Of a DNA stretch of 64,000 nt, positions 52,655 to 62,889 are shown one piece after another; within the stretch, counting starts at the first letter, position 1; each line of letters opens with the position of its first letter. The notes under the pieces are model-generated. The model was not told the DNA's origin. It did not search any database and worked only from the letters and a program-made list of their open reading frames with translations. Made by a program: the position numbers and the translations under genes. This DNA comes from a virus. The stretch covers positions 1 to 64,000 of IMG/VR virus record IMGVR_UViG_3300026097_001455, one strand, 5' to 3'.

Positions 52655-55138
52655 ATGGCAACACCAGCAGAAACAGCAACCACTATATCTTTAGCATTCA
52701 GTCCAGGGGAACAAATATTGTTTGCACCAACTGGGTCTGAGTCTATTTTTACATTTGGTGATTATAGAGTAGAAAGAGATGGTGGGCCAGATATATTAAC
52801 TGGCACTTCTCAGAATTTGCAGTTTACGCCATTCTCTACGCTTAACAACTTAGGTGCATCTGGATTCAGCCCAAATTTTTCAGTATCAGTTCAGAACAAC
52901 GAGCTTAAACCAGTACATAAAGACCCATACAGCTACACCTATTTTGGCTCATTCTACACTGAAGTTGCAAACGCAATAAACAACGTAATTAATGATTTTC
53001 CTTATGCAGCTCTTGCATACGACAGTTTTGAGGGGGATACGATTATAGATTACAGCCAGACATTCAATAACATAACTGGACAGAAACTTTCTACTTTTAA
53101 AGTTCCGCTAGATGTAGTAACAAATCAAGGGTTTATACTATTCGGCTCTGGCTCTCCAATTAACAATGCAGTAAGCTTAATGACAAACACAAATATGTTT
53201 GAAATTCAACTTAGTGGAGCTACAACTGCAAAGACGGATTCTTATGAAATAAAGTCATATTCTTTTACAGCTGGTACTACAAATATATTAGAGTTTGAAA
53301 TATACGGGCACTTGTTTGAGGATGCTACAGAAGCATATACTGGACAGACTAATAGCAAATTACCTCTTTATATAAGACCCTCAAGAAAGAGGATGACAGA
53401 GTATAATAGAAGTATATCAAGAATAGAGAAGCAATTACTTGGCTCTGGTCTTCTTGATATTCCAGATGTAGATGACGAAAAAAGAGAATGGACATATAGG
53501 GTTCCGTGGCCTAGAACAATTGACGGATTTAACCCAGACACAAGAGGTGCAAACTTTGAGACTTTTAAAGATAATGTATTACTTCTTGCTGGCAATGTAG
53601 ATATGGATAAGACTGACATCATGTTAAAGACTATGTTGCCAGACAACTATCTTCAGTTTGATTCAGATCAGCAGATATACAAAAAATTAACTTCATCATA
53701 TGCTAAACAATTCGATGAGATCAAGAATTTCATTGATAACATGGCGTATGCTCACACTATCACATATAATGAGGAAGAAAATATACCTGACAAATTCTTG
53801 GTTAAACTAAGTAATTTGTTAGGATGGAAGCTTTCTAGTACTTTTAACGAGATAGACTTGTTTGATTACTTAGCAAATGATCAAGACTTACAAGGAAATC
53901 AATATGCTTATTACAACATAGAGCTGTGGAAGAGAATTTTAATTAATATAAATTGGCTATACAAGAGAAAAGGTACTAGAGATGCGCTTCAGTTTTTATT
54001 TAAACTAATGGGTGCTCCAGACTGTCTTATAGTATTTAATGAATTTATATATGAAATTGATTCTACTTTATCATCTGGCACAACAGTTCCAATAGGAACT
54101 CCTCCAAGTAGTCTTAAGACAAATCCTAGAGGCTACCCAAACTATGAGTGGAGTAATTTAGAGTTTCAAGAAGGAGGTTTAGGAAGAGGTACTGGTCAGG
54201 CGTACATAAATCAGTGGGAACCAGAATTTAATCCATTAAAAAAGGTAGATAACATCAAAGTTCAGGTTGGAGATACTGGATTTACTGGGAGTGAAAACAT
54301 AATGAACACCAAGGAGCTTTGTGCAACTTTGGACCCTGCTAACGCAATTGAGTGTGACGTTTTTGATTGGTATAAGCTAAGTGGTACTTGCTGGGTTTGG
54401 GGAAGTTCTGCCCCACCATTTAGTGCAAATACAGTTCCGTTCGAATATGCTATTGATGATTGTGAATTTGTTAATCCAGATAGAATTACTGGAATGACGT
54501 TCAATGATTACATGGAGTTTATTTACACATCAAACATTGACCCTACGAATAGAAAAACTAATGACCAGGGACATACGATGTTTACATATCCTGAGCTGAA
54601 GAAGATTTATATGAACTATTATTTGTTAGCCGAACCTCAATCAAATAGGCTAACAATAAAGAAGCTTGAGGCATTTCTTGATCTTATGGAGGTTAATTTC
54701 CAGGATTATCTACTTCAACTTATACCTGCTACAACTATTCTTGAATGTCAAGGGACTACATACAGAAACACTGTATTTCATAGACAAAAATTTGTTTACA
54801 AGGACGGTATAAACAAAGGTTCAGAATTTCAAAATTCTTTACCTCCAGATATTAGGCCAGGTGTAACACCTATAAAGGTAACCTCTAAAGTTAATGATTT
54901 CCAAAAAGCAACTATTAATCCGATAGTCATAAATTCAGACGTTAGTCAAGGAATAAGATCATCAGTTAACGCAATAGAGATAAAAGGTTATATTAACGTA
55001 AATAATATAGGTACAGGTATTGAAGGTTTCGATGTATCTGGAGATATTAATCTGCCGAGCGGAAGTTCTAGTCTATCTCTGTCAAACGCCCCAGTTAGAA
55101 TATCTCAACCAGCAAATCTAGCAGGGCTAAGCTCATAA
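52655..55138 (+). CDS. baseplate wedge-like protein (P2 gpI-like domain)
   Basis: IPDKFLVKLSNLLGW...WLYKRKGTRDALQFLFKLMG; ATATTTATT at 52633-52641. Confidence 0.7.
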   Translation: MATPAETATTISLAFSPGEQILFAPTGSESIFTFGDYRVERDGGPDILTGTSQNLQFTPFSTLNNLGASGFSPNFSVSVQNNELKPVHKDPYSYTYFGSFYTEVANAINNVINDFPYAALAYDSFEGDTIIDYSQTFNNITGQKLSTFKVPLDVVTNQGFILFGSGSPINNAVSLMTNTNMFEIQLSGATTAKTDSYEIKSYSFTAGTTNILEFEIYGHLFEDATEAYTGQTNSKLPLYIRPSRKRMTEYNRSISRIEKQLLGSGLLDIPDVDDEKREWTYRVPWPRTIDGFNPDTRGANFETFKDNVLLLAGNVDMDKTDIMLKTMLPDNYLQFDSDQQIYKKLTSSYAKQFDEIKNFIDNMAYAHTITYNEEENIPDKFLVKLSNLLGWKLSSTFNEIDLFDYLANDQDLQGNQYAYYNIELWKRILININWLYKRKGTRDALQFLFKLMGAPDCLIVFNEFIYEIDSTLSSGTTVPIGTPPSSLKTNPRGYPNYEWSNLEFQEGGLGRGTGQAYINQWEPEFNPLKKVDNIKVQVGDTGFTGSENIMNTKELCATLDPANAIECDVFDWYKLSGTCWVWGSSAPPFSANTVPFEYAIDDCEFVNPDRITGMTFNDYMEFIYTSNIDPTNRKTNDQGHTMFTYPELKKIYMNYYLLAEPQSNRLTIKKLEAFLDLMEVNFQDYLLQLIPATTILECQGTTYRNTVFHRQKFVYKDGINKGSEFQNSLPPDIRPGVTPIKVTSKVNDFQKATINPIVINSDVSQGIRSSVNAIEIKGYINVNNIGTGIEGFDVSGDINLPSGSSSLSLSNAPVRISQPANLAGLSS

Positions 55139-55153
55139 TGTAATAATATATAA

Positions 55154-56869
55154 ATGATAATAAGACAGTCCATACAACAAACAACAGGAACAAGCAATGA
55201 TGTAGTGCAAGCTTTTTACCAAAACATCTTTGTAAGATACACAGAAGTATCTATTACACCTGCTATATTTGATGTGCCTGAGTACACCACTCTTGGTGGC
55301 ACAACAGATTACTATGGACAGGACCCTAAGGCTATATTTACAAATCTAGTAAAGCCTTTTATTAGGTTTAATTTTTCTGAAAACACATCCAGTTTCGGTA
55401 ATAATGTAAAAATAATACATGACATATATAGGGTAGATTGGGAGAATTTCAAAATGGCTACTGGAAGGTTCAAGGTTGAGGGCGAGGAGAATGTTCAGAA
55501 TCAAAATACTATTACCGAGACTATAGAGGAAACTGATGACAGCGGTAATGTTAGCAGGAAAACGATTACAAGAAATATTACTGAGACAAAAAACACAGTT
55601 AGATCAAAAGATTCTTCTATTGGAGGTGATTCGTGTGATGTTAATAGTGAAGGCCAGACCATAGATACTTCAGCTCCAATGGTTGATGATGCTAATATAT
55701 TTGATTCCATGAAGGACTCTTATAGAGCGACAATTCAAGATCAGTTATCAGAACCAATATACACAATTACAGCAGATACAACAGGTATTACTACAAGTGT
55801 ATATGATTTTCAGCCAGATCAGTATATAAAAAATCTTGGTGACTTTAAGACAGAGCTATTTCAAGATCGTGCACAATACTTTGTTGATACAAGATTTGAG
55901 TTCAAATTTGCAACTCCTGAACTTAGTAATTTCATAACTATAAATGACAATGGAGATGTTGTTGATGGTACATATAGTGCTATAAAAACTGGAACTACAG
56001 AGACTACTGGAGGAACAATTGATAGAGGTGAGTTTGAAGGCATTTCGTTTAAAGGAGATGATTACTTTACATATTTTACTGTTCCAGATAAGCCAACATT
56101 TGAATATCCAACTCCAGAAGGACAAATAGATACATTCACTCCAGAAATATACTGGACAAACGGAGAGAATGATATTGATGAATATTTAGTTCAAGTTACA
56201 TATAACACTGGAGATACTGCATTTACTGGAAGTGTGTTTTCTTATGTAGTTCCTAGATGTGACGAATTAAAAGAAGAGGCTACAAACATAAGCAAAAACT
56301 CAACTAACGATTTTGAAACCACAAAAACAATAAGAAAATATCAACTTTCTCTTAAGTCAAATAGCTGCGCACTTTATAGGGTTGGTAATGTTAAGACTAT
56401 TACGAATATATTTGGCGTCAAACAGAATGTTGTCACCTTCTCTGATCACAAGCAGATATGTACTCAAATAGAACCTATTAGGTCATATGTGTTTGTTGAA
56501 AACGATAGCCCTTACGTAGAAGGTATAGCTGGCCTCACCAGCCCTCCTTCTCTAATCGCAGAAAACCCTCTTGGGGAGTATGTACTTAGTGGAACAGTTT
56601 CTGGCTCTACTATAGAAGGAGCTACAATGCAGCTTATATATCCTAACGGAAGCTTTGTGACAACTCTGACTGATAGTGGTGGCACATTCTCATTCGACAG
56701 TCTTGAAGATGGTGAGTATACTCTTAATACAACATACAGAGGTTATGCATCAGATAGCAGAACTATCAATATTACTGAAGACACTGGAGTATTCATAGAA
56801 ATAGAAATAAGATGGGATAATGAATTTGATATTTGGGCTGTTAAAGAAAATGACATAATTAAATATTAA
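55154..56869 (+). CDS. structural protein with C-terminal carboxypeptidase-regulatory-like Ig domain
   Basis: LSGTVSG..IEGATMQL..TLTDSGGTFSFDSLEDGEYTLNTTYRGY. Confidence 0.7.
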   Translation: MIIRQSIQQTTGTSNDVVQAFYQNIFVRYTEVSITPAIFDVPEYTTLGGTTDYYGQDPKAIFTNLVKPFIRFNFSENTSSFGNNVKIIHDIYRVDWENFKMATGRFKVEGEENVQNQNTITETIEETDDSGNVSRKTITRNITETKNTVRSKDSSIGGDSCDVNSEGQTIDTSAPMVDDANIFDSMKDSYRATIQDQLSEPIYTITADTTGITTSVYDFQPDQYIKNLGDFKTELFQDRAQYFVDTRFEFKFATPELSNFITINDNGDVVDGTYSAIKTGTTETTGGTIDRGEFEGISFKGDDYFTYFTVPDKPTFEYPTPEGQIDTFTPEIYWTNGENDIDEYLVQVTYNTGDTAFTGSVFSYVVPRCDELKEEATNISKNSTNDFETTKTIRKYQLSLKSNSCALYRVGNVKTITNIFGVKQNVVTFSDHKQICTQIEPIRSYVFVENDSPYVEGIAGLTSPPSLIAENPLGEYVLSGTVSGSTIEGATMQLIYPNGSFVTTLTDSGGTFSFDSLEDGEYTLNTTYRGYASDSRTINITEDTGVFIEIEIRWDNEFDIWAVKENDIIKY

Positions 56870-56899
56870 GAAGACTATTTATAAGAAACTAATTAAAAG

Positions 56900-57844
56900 A
56901 TGACTGGCGAATTAATACCTACTGGCATAACCTTCGGAACAGGGAGGAAATCTATAAACACTTCTTTTAGTGGAACTGCTGAATTGAATAATATTCAACT
57001 TGACCCAGGGGGTGATTTTTCTGGTGGTACTGGAGGTGGTGTCATCTACTCAGGTGGAACTGATCTTTATGACATATTTGGCTCAGGAGGTGGTTCTGGA
57101 GATATTACCAGAGTTCAGCCAGGAACTAACATCACAACTGGAGGTACTGCGAATTTACCGATCATAAGCTTGTCTGACGATATTATAATAAATTCAATAT
57201 CAGCAACAACAGTATCAGGAGGAACTATTTATTCTGGAGATACAAATCTTGAAAATATATTTTTAACTATTTCTAACACAAATTTTATACCACTTAGCGG
57301 TACAGATGGTGTTAATATTGTAACAGGGGATGTTGAATTTGATGATGACTTTGGGTTAACTTGGCACACTGGCTTAGATTCTATTGTATACGGAAGCGCA
57401 ACAGGCTTAATAGAGGTGAACTCAAGTTTGGGGTTTGACTTCTCAACTGGAGCTATATTATCTGCAGGAACTGATTTATATAGTATATTCTGCACTGATT
57501 GCAGTACAGGAACTACAGCTTCTGAAACAACATTTGACTTTAAAGCAGTTGGTGGGGCACTAGACTGGGATGTTGATGGAAGTTCTTTGAATGCTAAATT
57601 TGTAATTACCGCAAATACTACTTTAAATGTTGTTAATGTAAATTCTGGTGATTTTGGTACTCTTAAAATAACTCAAGATGTAGCTGGGGGTCATGAATTA
57701 ACATTTGGTGTTGGTACACATAAAGTTGTGAATGGAGGTAGTGGTTCAGTATCACTTACATCAGCAGGAGGAGCAATAGATGTTATATCATTCTTTTATG
57801 ATGGAACCGAATTTTTATGGAGCCCAGGATATAATTATACTTAA
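56900..57844 (+). CDS. Gly/Thr-rich tail fibre-like protein
   Basis: Three I[YL]S[GA][GD]T[DN]L..IF repeats; C-terminal LKITQD..GG..LT...IDVISFFYDG; CTATTTATA at 56875-56883. Confidence 0.7.
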   Translation: MTGELIPTGITFGTGRKSINTSFSGTAELNNIQLDPGGDFSGGTGGGVIYSGGTDLYDIFGSGGGSGDITRVQPGTNITTGGTANLPIISLSDDIIINSISATTVSGGTIYSGDTNLENIFLTISNTNFIPLSGTDGVNIVTGDVEFDDDFGLTWHTGLDSIVYGSATGLIEVNSSLGFDFSTGAILSAGTDLYSIFCTDCSTGTTASETTFDFKAVGGALDWDVDGSSLNAKFVITANTTLNVVNVNSGDFGTLKITQDVAGGHELTFGVGTHKVVNGGSGSVSLTSAGGAIDVISFFYDGTEFLWSPGYNYT

Positions 57845-57853
57845 TAGCAGTTG

Positions 57854-58097
57854 ATGTGGGGTGAAAATTCACATTTTTATATAAACAACAAAAATAGGTG
57901 AAAGCTTTATCTTTTCAACTAATTCCGATAGAAGTGCCACACCTTACCCCATAGCAAGCATGTTATCAGGTAAAAGTTTTAGGCGGGACTTTGGAGGTGG
58001 GACTAGATCAATCGCTTCTGGCCCAACAAAAATTTACTCAGATTCAGGTGGTACAAAAATGTTCTACTTTCTTTTGATAGAGCTAAAAAAACAACCC
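57854..58097 (+). pseudogene. possible decayed gene remnant (beta-propeller-like fragment)
   Basis: ATG TGG GGT GAA... stops after 15 codons; a later frame encodes ASGPTKIYSDSGGTKMF; unusually long gap for this genome. Confidence 0.35.
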
Positions 58098-58979
58098 TTA
58101 AAGAGTTCCTCCGTTGGCTATCTCAAAGAATGTTTGAGCATTATTAATACTTGTCCTCTGTTCTTTAATATCAACCTCTCCGCTACTGAACTGCTTCTTT
58201 CTAGTAAGAAGATTATATTGCCTAAATAAGTTTCCGTTTTCATCGAATATAGAATACACACCAGTCTCAAGGTCTCTTGTAGAATTACCATAAAGAGCAT
58301 ATGATAACGTCTTGATAGACTGGTCCACCATTTCAACCTCAACCATAACTGGGTCAAAAAAAGTGTTAGATAATAGTATTTCTTGACCAGATTTTCCGAG
58401 ATCAGGACTTATCTCACTTGTAATAAGACTTACTTCATCTGGCGTAAGTGTTAGGAATAGTTGATTTCCGTTTGGGTCAAGCACATAATTTGTTGAACTT
58501 GCGTTAGATGTGTTGTTACTTGGGTTTACGCTAACTAAGTCTGAACTTGTAACAATTCTATGAAAATTTTTAATCTTATTACCGTTGTCATCAAAATACT
58601 CAATTTGATAGCCTACAAGACTACCTGAACTCTGAAACTGGAGCTTTGGTATGATTATACCTTTTTTAGATAGCTGTATCTCCTGATCATTATTGGTAAT
58701 AACAAATGAACAATCGACTATTTGCGTCTGAAATGTTTTTGGTCTAATTAGTATAGAATAAAAACCAAGTCTATTAAATATTGATGCTGGAAGTCTTAAC
58801 TTATAGGCTCCGTCCGCTCCAATCATTTTTCTAAGCTCATTGTTGGTAACCGTGTTGTACATCGGTTGAAACTGAGTGTCACCGAGCGTTTCTCTGTCTG
58901 GAGCATATGAATATAGGATGTCAACATCATTAAAGTCAACATCAGCTAATTTAACCATTCCGTAAGTTCCTACTGCCAT
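58098..58979 (-). CDS. putative structural protein
   Basis: MAVGTYG..., GAYKLRLPASIFNRLGFYSILIRP; ATATTTATA at 58996-59004. Confidence 0.75.
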   Translation of the reverse strand: MAVGTYGMVKLADVDFNDVDILYSYAPDRETLGDTQFQPMYNTVTNNELRKMIGADGAYKLRLPASIFNRLGFYSILIRPKTFQTQIVDCSFVITNNDQEIQLSKKGIIIPKLQFQSSGSLVGYQIEYFDDNGNKIKNFHRIVTSSDLVSVNPSNNTSNASSTNYVLDPNGNQLFLTLTPDEVSLITSEISPDLGKSGQEILLSNTFFDPVMVEVEMVDQSIKTLSYALYGNSTRDLETGVYSIFDENGNLFRQYNLLTRKKQFSSGEVDIKEQRTSINNAQTFFEIANGGTL

Positions 58980-59024
58980 AACATCTTTTGTTTAATATAA
59001 ATATTCTTAGAAAAAAAATAAAGA

Positions 59025-59342
59025 TTAACGATCTACTCCAAGTATAGTATCTATTAGTGTAAATCCAGAATCGTCATCTGAATCGTCATCCGAATCATTA
59101 TTGAAGTTAGTTCCTAGCAAGTCAATATTAAATGATGGTAGTAAATTGACGTCTGGGGTATCATCATCTTCATTAGACTGGCCTCCACCTCCTAGTCCGC
59201 CTAAGTCAATAGGAGCTTGTAGATCAACATCAGGAATTAAAGCTCCAGGCTGATTTTCTGTATCTATTGTTGTATTTACATTTTCATCTAACTCTAAGTT
59301 TAGATCAACAAACCCTTGTAATATTGTGTGTATTCTTGCCAT
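59025..59342 (-). CDS. very acidic low-complexity protein
   Basis: Start refined to MARIHTIL; D-rich. Confidence 0.55.
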   Translation of the reverse strand: MARIHTILQGFVDLNLELDENVNTTIDTENQPGALIPDVDLQAPIDLGGLGGGGQSNEDDDTPDVNLLPSFNIDLLGTNFNNDSDDDSDDDSGFTLIDTILGVDR

Positions 59343-59343
59343 A

Positions 59344-60273
59344 TTAATTTCTTGTTTGAGCACCTGGGTCAACTCCTCCTATTACTGAGCCTGTTCCTGT
59401 TCCTGAGCCTCCTCCAGAGCTTATTGGTCCTGATGGCTGGCTTGGCTCAGGTTCTCCAGCACCTGGCTCAGGCTCACTACCGCCAGAGTCATCTCCTGAA
59501 TCATCATTTATACCTGGTGGTATTATAATTTCTACATCAATAACTTCAAAATCACCGCCATCATCTCCATCATCGTTATCACCACCCAAATCAAGCTCTG
59601 TTATTGGGTCTAAAGGAGCTATTATTTCTGGTAGGTCTCCAAAATCATTACCACCCCCATCTGGCTGAAACTCTTCGATTATAGCCTGTATGTTATCGAA
59701 AAAAAACTTTTGCCTATCCATCATTCCAGAGCTTCTCTTTATGTGAACTGGTACATAATAGCTTTCGTCTGTACTATATGTTGTTAAGGCAGAATAAACT
59801 CTAAAATTCCTAGTACCCTGATCAATACTTTGCGGCAAATAGTTAAGGTACTTTCCAAAAGAAACTCCATCATAATTATAAACCATATTTTCTACAACTG
59901 TTATACCAGTTGTTCCAGTTAGCGCCCCAACTATAGCTGTACCAGATGGAACTTGATTGTTTATAACGCTTGATTCGTAGTATTCATTAAACACAGTAGC
60001 TATCTTCAAATCACTATTCCATATTTCAGCAAATTCAATAGTCGTTGTACTGGCAGTTAAATAAGAAAAGAAATCATTAATTATTCTCTCGTTGTTTTCA
60101 TCATTTAAAAAACCTCTAATATTATCTTCATTAACAACTCCGCCACCTAATCCTTGGATATTATTTACCTGATACTGGTTAATATCCTGAAGAGCTGAGT
60201 CAGTTGCTATTTCTGGAGCTGTTGTACCAGAAGAAAACCTTGGATTAAGTAATATAGTGTGCCTTTGAATCAT
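59344..60273 (-). CDS. putative structural protein with acidic G/P/D/E-rich tail
   Basis: Coupled ORF in structural module. Confidence 0.7.
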   Translation of the reverse strand: MIQRHTILLNPRFSSGTTAPEIATDSALQDINQYQVNNIQGLGGGVVNEDNIRGFLNDENNERIINDFFSYLTASTTTIEFAEIWNSDLKIATVFNEYYESSVINNQVPSGTAIVGALTGTTGITVVENMVYNYDGVSFGKYLNYLPQSIDQGTRNFRVYSALTTYSTDESYYVPVHIKRSSGMMDRQKFFFDNIQAIIEEFQPDGGGNDFGDLPEIIAPLDPITELDLGGDNDDGDDGGDFEVIDVEIIIPPGINDDSGDDSGGSEPEPGAGEPEPSQPSGPISSGGGSGTGTGSVIGGVDPGAQTRN

Positions 60274-60788
60274 TATTTGTTAATATCTATATTGAAATAA
60301 TCTGCTTTAGAGATAATGTGATCAGCCTGAAGCGTTAGTACATCAAGATCATCAAGAGTGGTTTCAGAAGAAGTTCCTCTATTCCAAGGGAATTCGTTGA
60401 TTCCTATGGCATCAAACCATTCTCTAACCTCAGTGTTAGTAAACTCTGCAGTCTCTGGTCTAACATCTCTGATTTTATTTATCATAGGAGAAGTTAAATC
60501 ACTACCAAACAAGACTTTGTTTTGATTAATTGAGTCAAAGAAAGATAGCTCAAAAAAATATGGGTTGATTTCTTGCCTAACAATAGGTTGTATTTCATCA
60601 TCCTTATCTATTTGAATGTATTCATACACCTCGTTTGTTCTCTTGATAAAGATTGGAATATGGAAGTCGTGTTCTGGAAATCTTTTTTTAACATTTCTGT
60701 CATCCCATACAAAATCCCAACACCCTGGGGCTACTAGCTCAGCCTCAACGTATATCTTAAGTTGTTGTATGTTATCAATCGGTTCCAT
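60273..60788 (-). CDS. putative structural protein
   Basis: CTATTTATA at 60793-60801, very close to the ATG. Confidence 0.7.
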   Translation of the reverse strand: MEPIDNIQQLKIYVEAELVAPGCWDFVWDDRNVKKRFPEHDFHIPIFIKRTNEVYEYIQIDKDDEIQPIVRQEINPYFFELSFFDSINQNKVLFGSDLTSPMINKIRDVRPETAEFTNTEVREWFDAIGINEFPWNRGTSSETTLDDLDVLTLQADHIISKADYFNIDINK

Positions 60789-60814
60789 TTGTTATAAATA
60801 GTAGCTATTAAAAT

Positions 60815-62887
60815 TTAGGAAAGCACCTTAGACATCTCTATAATATCATAGCAATTTATTATTTGAGAAGTAAGAGGGTTTGGTCTAAATTGAGGCGTAA
60901 ATGCTGGGATTCTTTCATTCTTAGCTTGAGCATCTGTATAACCTTGAACATTTGCTGCTATAAAGGCAAGGCCATTTAAGTAATATCCATTAGAATCAAA
61001 ATCATATGTACTAACGTTACAAACAGATGAGTCATTACTAGGAAGCGATGGAGCATCAACGTCTCTAATAGGCGTAACTAGGTAATAGTCATTTCCAGAA
61101 GTAGATGCAGCTAACGACTGAGCTGGAACGGTTACGCTTTTATAACCCCTCTTATTAATTCTAAATAAATAATTAGCTACTGTATTGTTATTATCATTAG
61201 CATATAACCTAATTTCAAAAGGAATTTGATCTGTTATTTCAAAAACTCTTCCATTTGGATAATCTGGGGTATTATCATTTCCTTGCAAGGCCGTTTCAGG
61301 ATTTAGAAGGCTAGACCCTGGAGCACTAGGTATCCAACCATTTACACTATTGGCTGGATGCTTGGCCGTAAGGGTAACTTCTGGACCACTCCTACTTATG
61401 TTAAATATCCTATCAACACCTATGTCATCAAAAGCGCTTTGAAGTTCATTTTCAAATTCCTCTGCAGCAAGTCTTATAGGACCTATTTCAACTCCATTAA
61501 TAAAGAACGTGCTATTATAAACATTAGTTACAAAAAAATTACCAGCACTAACCTCTTTAAAGTTAAATACCGCTTGTTCTCTTGGTAAAGTGTCATGATC
61601 TACGTATTTAGTCTCAATATCTAGCGTTATAGTTTGTCCTGCACCAAAAAATTGTTCACCAAGAGTAACGCCTGGTATAATGGGGAGGGTTGTTGTATCA
61701 CCACTGTTTATAATTTCTAACTCAAAGGTATCGTTTGGATAAAATCTGTAATTTTGCTGAAATTGACCTATTCCTCCAGCACCAGGTCTTCCTCCAAATG
61801 CATTAAGTTCTACTCCAGGTATTCTTGGAGCAAGGCTTTCTTCTTGACTTGATGGGTTGGTAACAGGAGTTATGTTTTGAATAATCTTTTGAAAATTGAA
61901 GTTTACGTATTTCTTTGGCGTCTGGTCAATTATACTTACAGTTGTTGATGGTATGTTAACCACTCCGTTATTTAAAGTTACGTTAACTGGGTTGGTAAGA
62001 TCAAACTTAGCAATTTCTATACTTTTCTCAACAATAAAATCCTCAAGAGAATCAAATGGTATAGTTTTATACTGCTCTCCAACAGACCAGTTAAGAGTAA
62101 CAGGGAATGTTGTTCCAGGAGTATTAAAATCAACGCCAGGAGCTGCATCTGTATAGGTCTCTACGAAAGATGAAGCTAAATCAATTGTTACGCTTTCATT
62201 ACCAAATACACTTGGCTCATTGAGGTAAACTCGTATATCTGTACCATTCCCTTCAATCAACGTATATGCAGACCTCTCAAAAGAAACATTTCTTGTTTTA
62301 ATTTCCTCTATCTGAAGGGGTTTTTTAATCCAATGCTTATTGTAGAAAAATGGAAAGTCATTCTCTATTGTTGCAAATTGTCCATTAAATCCTATATCAA
62401 CTGTTTCTGTTCCATAATCAATAAAATCACCATCAGCTCCATAAAACACAAGTTGTTGTTCAAAAACTTGATCTGCTGTATTAACTCCGTTCCCTTCAAT
62501 TTTAATCCAAATAGAGTCTGATAACTGATAGTTGTCAAGCTCGATAATATATTTACCATCTTGTTTTCCGTATACGTTAAAATCACCGTACCCAAGAGAG
62601 TTTGTTGTTGTTGCGTAAACTTGACTTGTTAGGCCAGAGTCTGAGTACACTCTAATAGGGAGATTGTCGCAATCAATTACTGTAGAATCTACTATACCAT
62701 ATATCCTAAAGCTTCTAGATTCATTTCTCTCTTTTCTAAACTGTTCAGCAAGATCAAAGTTGTTATCATATTTTTCTTTCTTAATCTGCTTAAACGTCTT
62801 TTGTAGATTAACATTAAGAAATATGTCATCTAGACCTTTAGCTAAAAAATCTTCACTACCTAATACTATTTTCTTTTTATCATCCAT
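60815..62887 (-). CDS. structural protein with Calx-beta-like domain
   Basis: VSFERSAYTLIEG..VYLNEPS..AAPGVDF..TLNWSVGEQYKTI; N-terminal KERNESRSFRIYG. Confidence 0.75.
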   Translation of the reverse strand: MDDKKKIVLGSEDFLAKGLDDIFLNVNLQKTFKQIKKEKYDNNFDLAEQFRKERNESRSFRIYGIVDSTVIDCDNLPIRVYSDSGLTSQVYATTTNSLGYGDFNVYGKQDGKYIIELDNYQLSDSIWIKIEGNGVNTADQVFEQQLVFYGADGDFIDYGTETVDIGFNGQFATIENDFPFFYNKHWIKKPLQIEEIKTRNVSFERSAYTLIEGNGTDIRVYLNEPSVFGNESVTIDLASSFVETYTDAAPGVDFNTPGTTFPVTLNWSVGEQYKTIPFDSLEDFIVEKSIEIAKFDLTNPVNVTLNNGVVNIPSTTVSIIDQTPKKYVNFNFQKIIQNITPVTNPSSQEESLAPRIPGVELNAFGGRPGAGGIGQFQQNYRFYPNDTFELEIINSGDTTTLPIIPGVTLGEQFFGAGQTITLDIETKYVDHDTLPREQAVFNFKEVSAGNFFVTNVYNSTFFINGVEIGPIRLAAEEFENELQSAFDDIGVDRIFNISRSGPEVTLTAKHPANSVNGWIPSAPGSSLLNPETALQGNDNTPDYPNGRVFEITDQIPFEIRLYANDNNNTVANYLFRINKRGYKSVTVPAQSLAASTSGNDYYLVTPIRDVDAPSLPSNDSSVCNVSTYDFDSNGYYLNGLAFIAANVQGYTDAQAKNERIPAFTPQFRPNPLTSQIINCYDIIEMSKVLS

Positions 62888-62889
62888 AA

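Noticed and set aside
57960-58229. 89-aa plus-strand ORF as a functional gene
   Set aside because: Overlaps the convergent structural gene by over 130 nt and lacks a typical leader; treated as a possible remnant.
3907-60801. Reading the motif as canonical T4 late promoters TATAAATA
   Set aside because: Relative to the adjacent downstream genes the motif consistently reads TATTTA on the coding strand; the TATAAATA reading points away from the genes.
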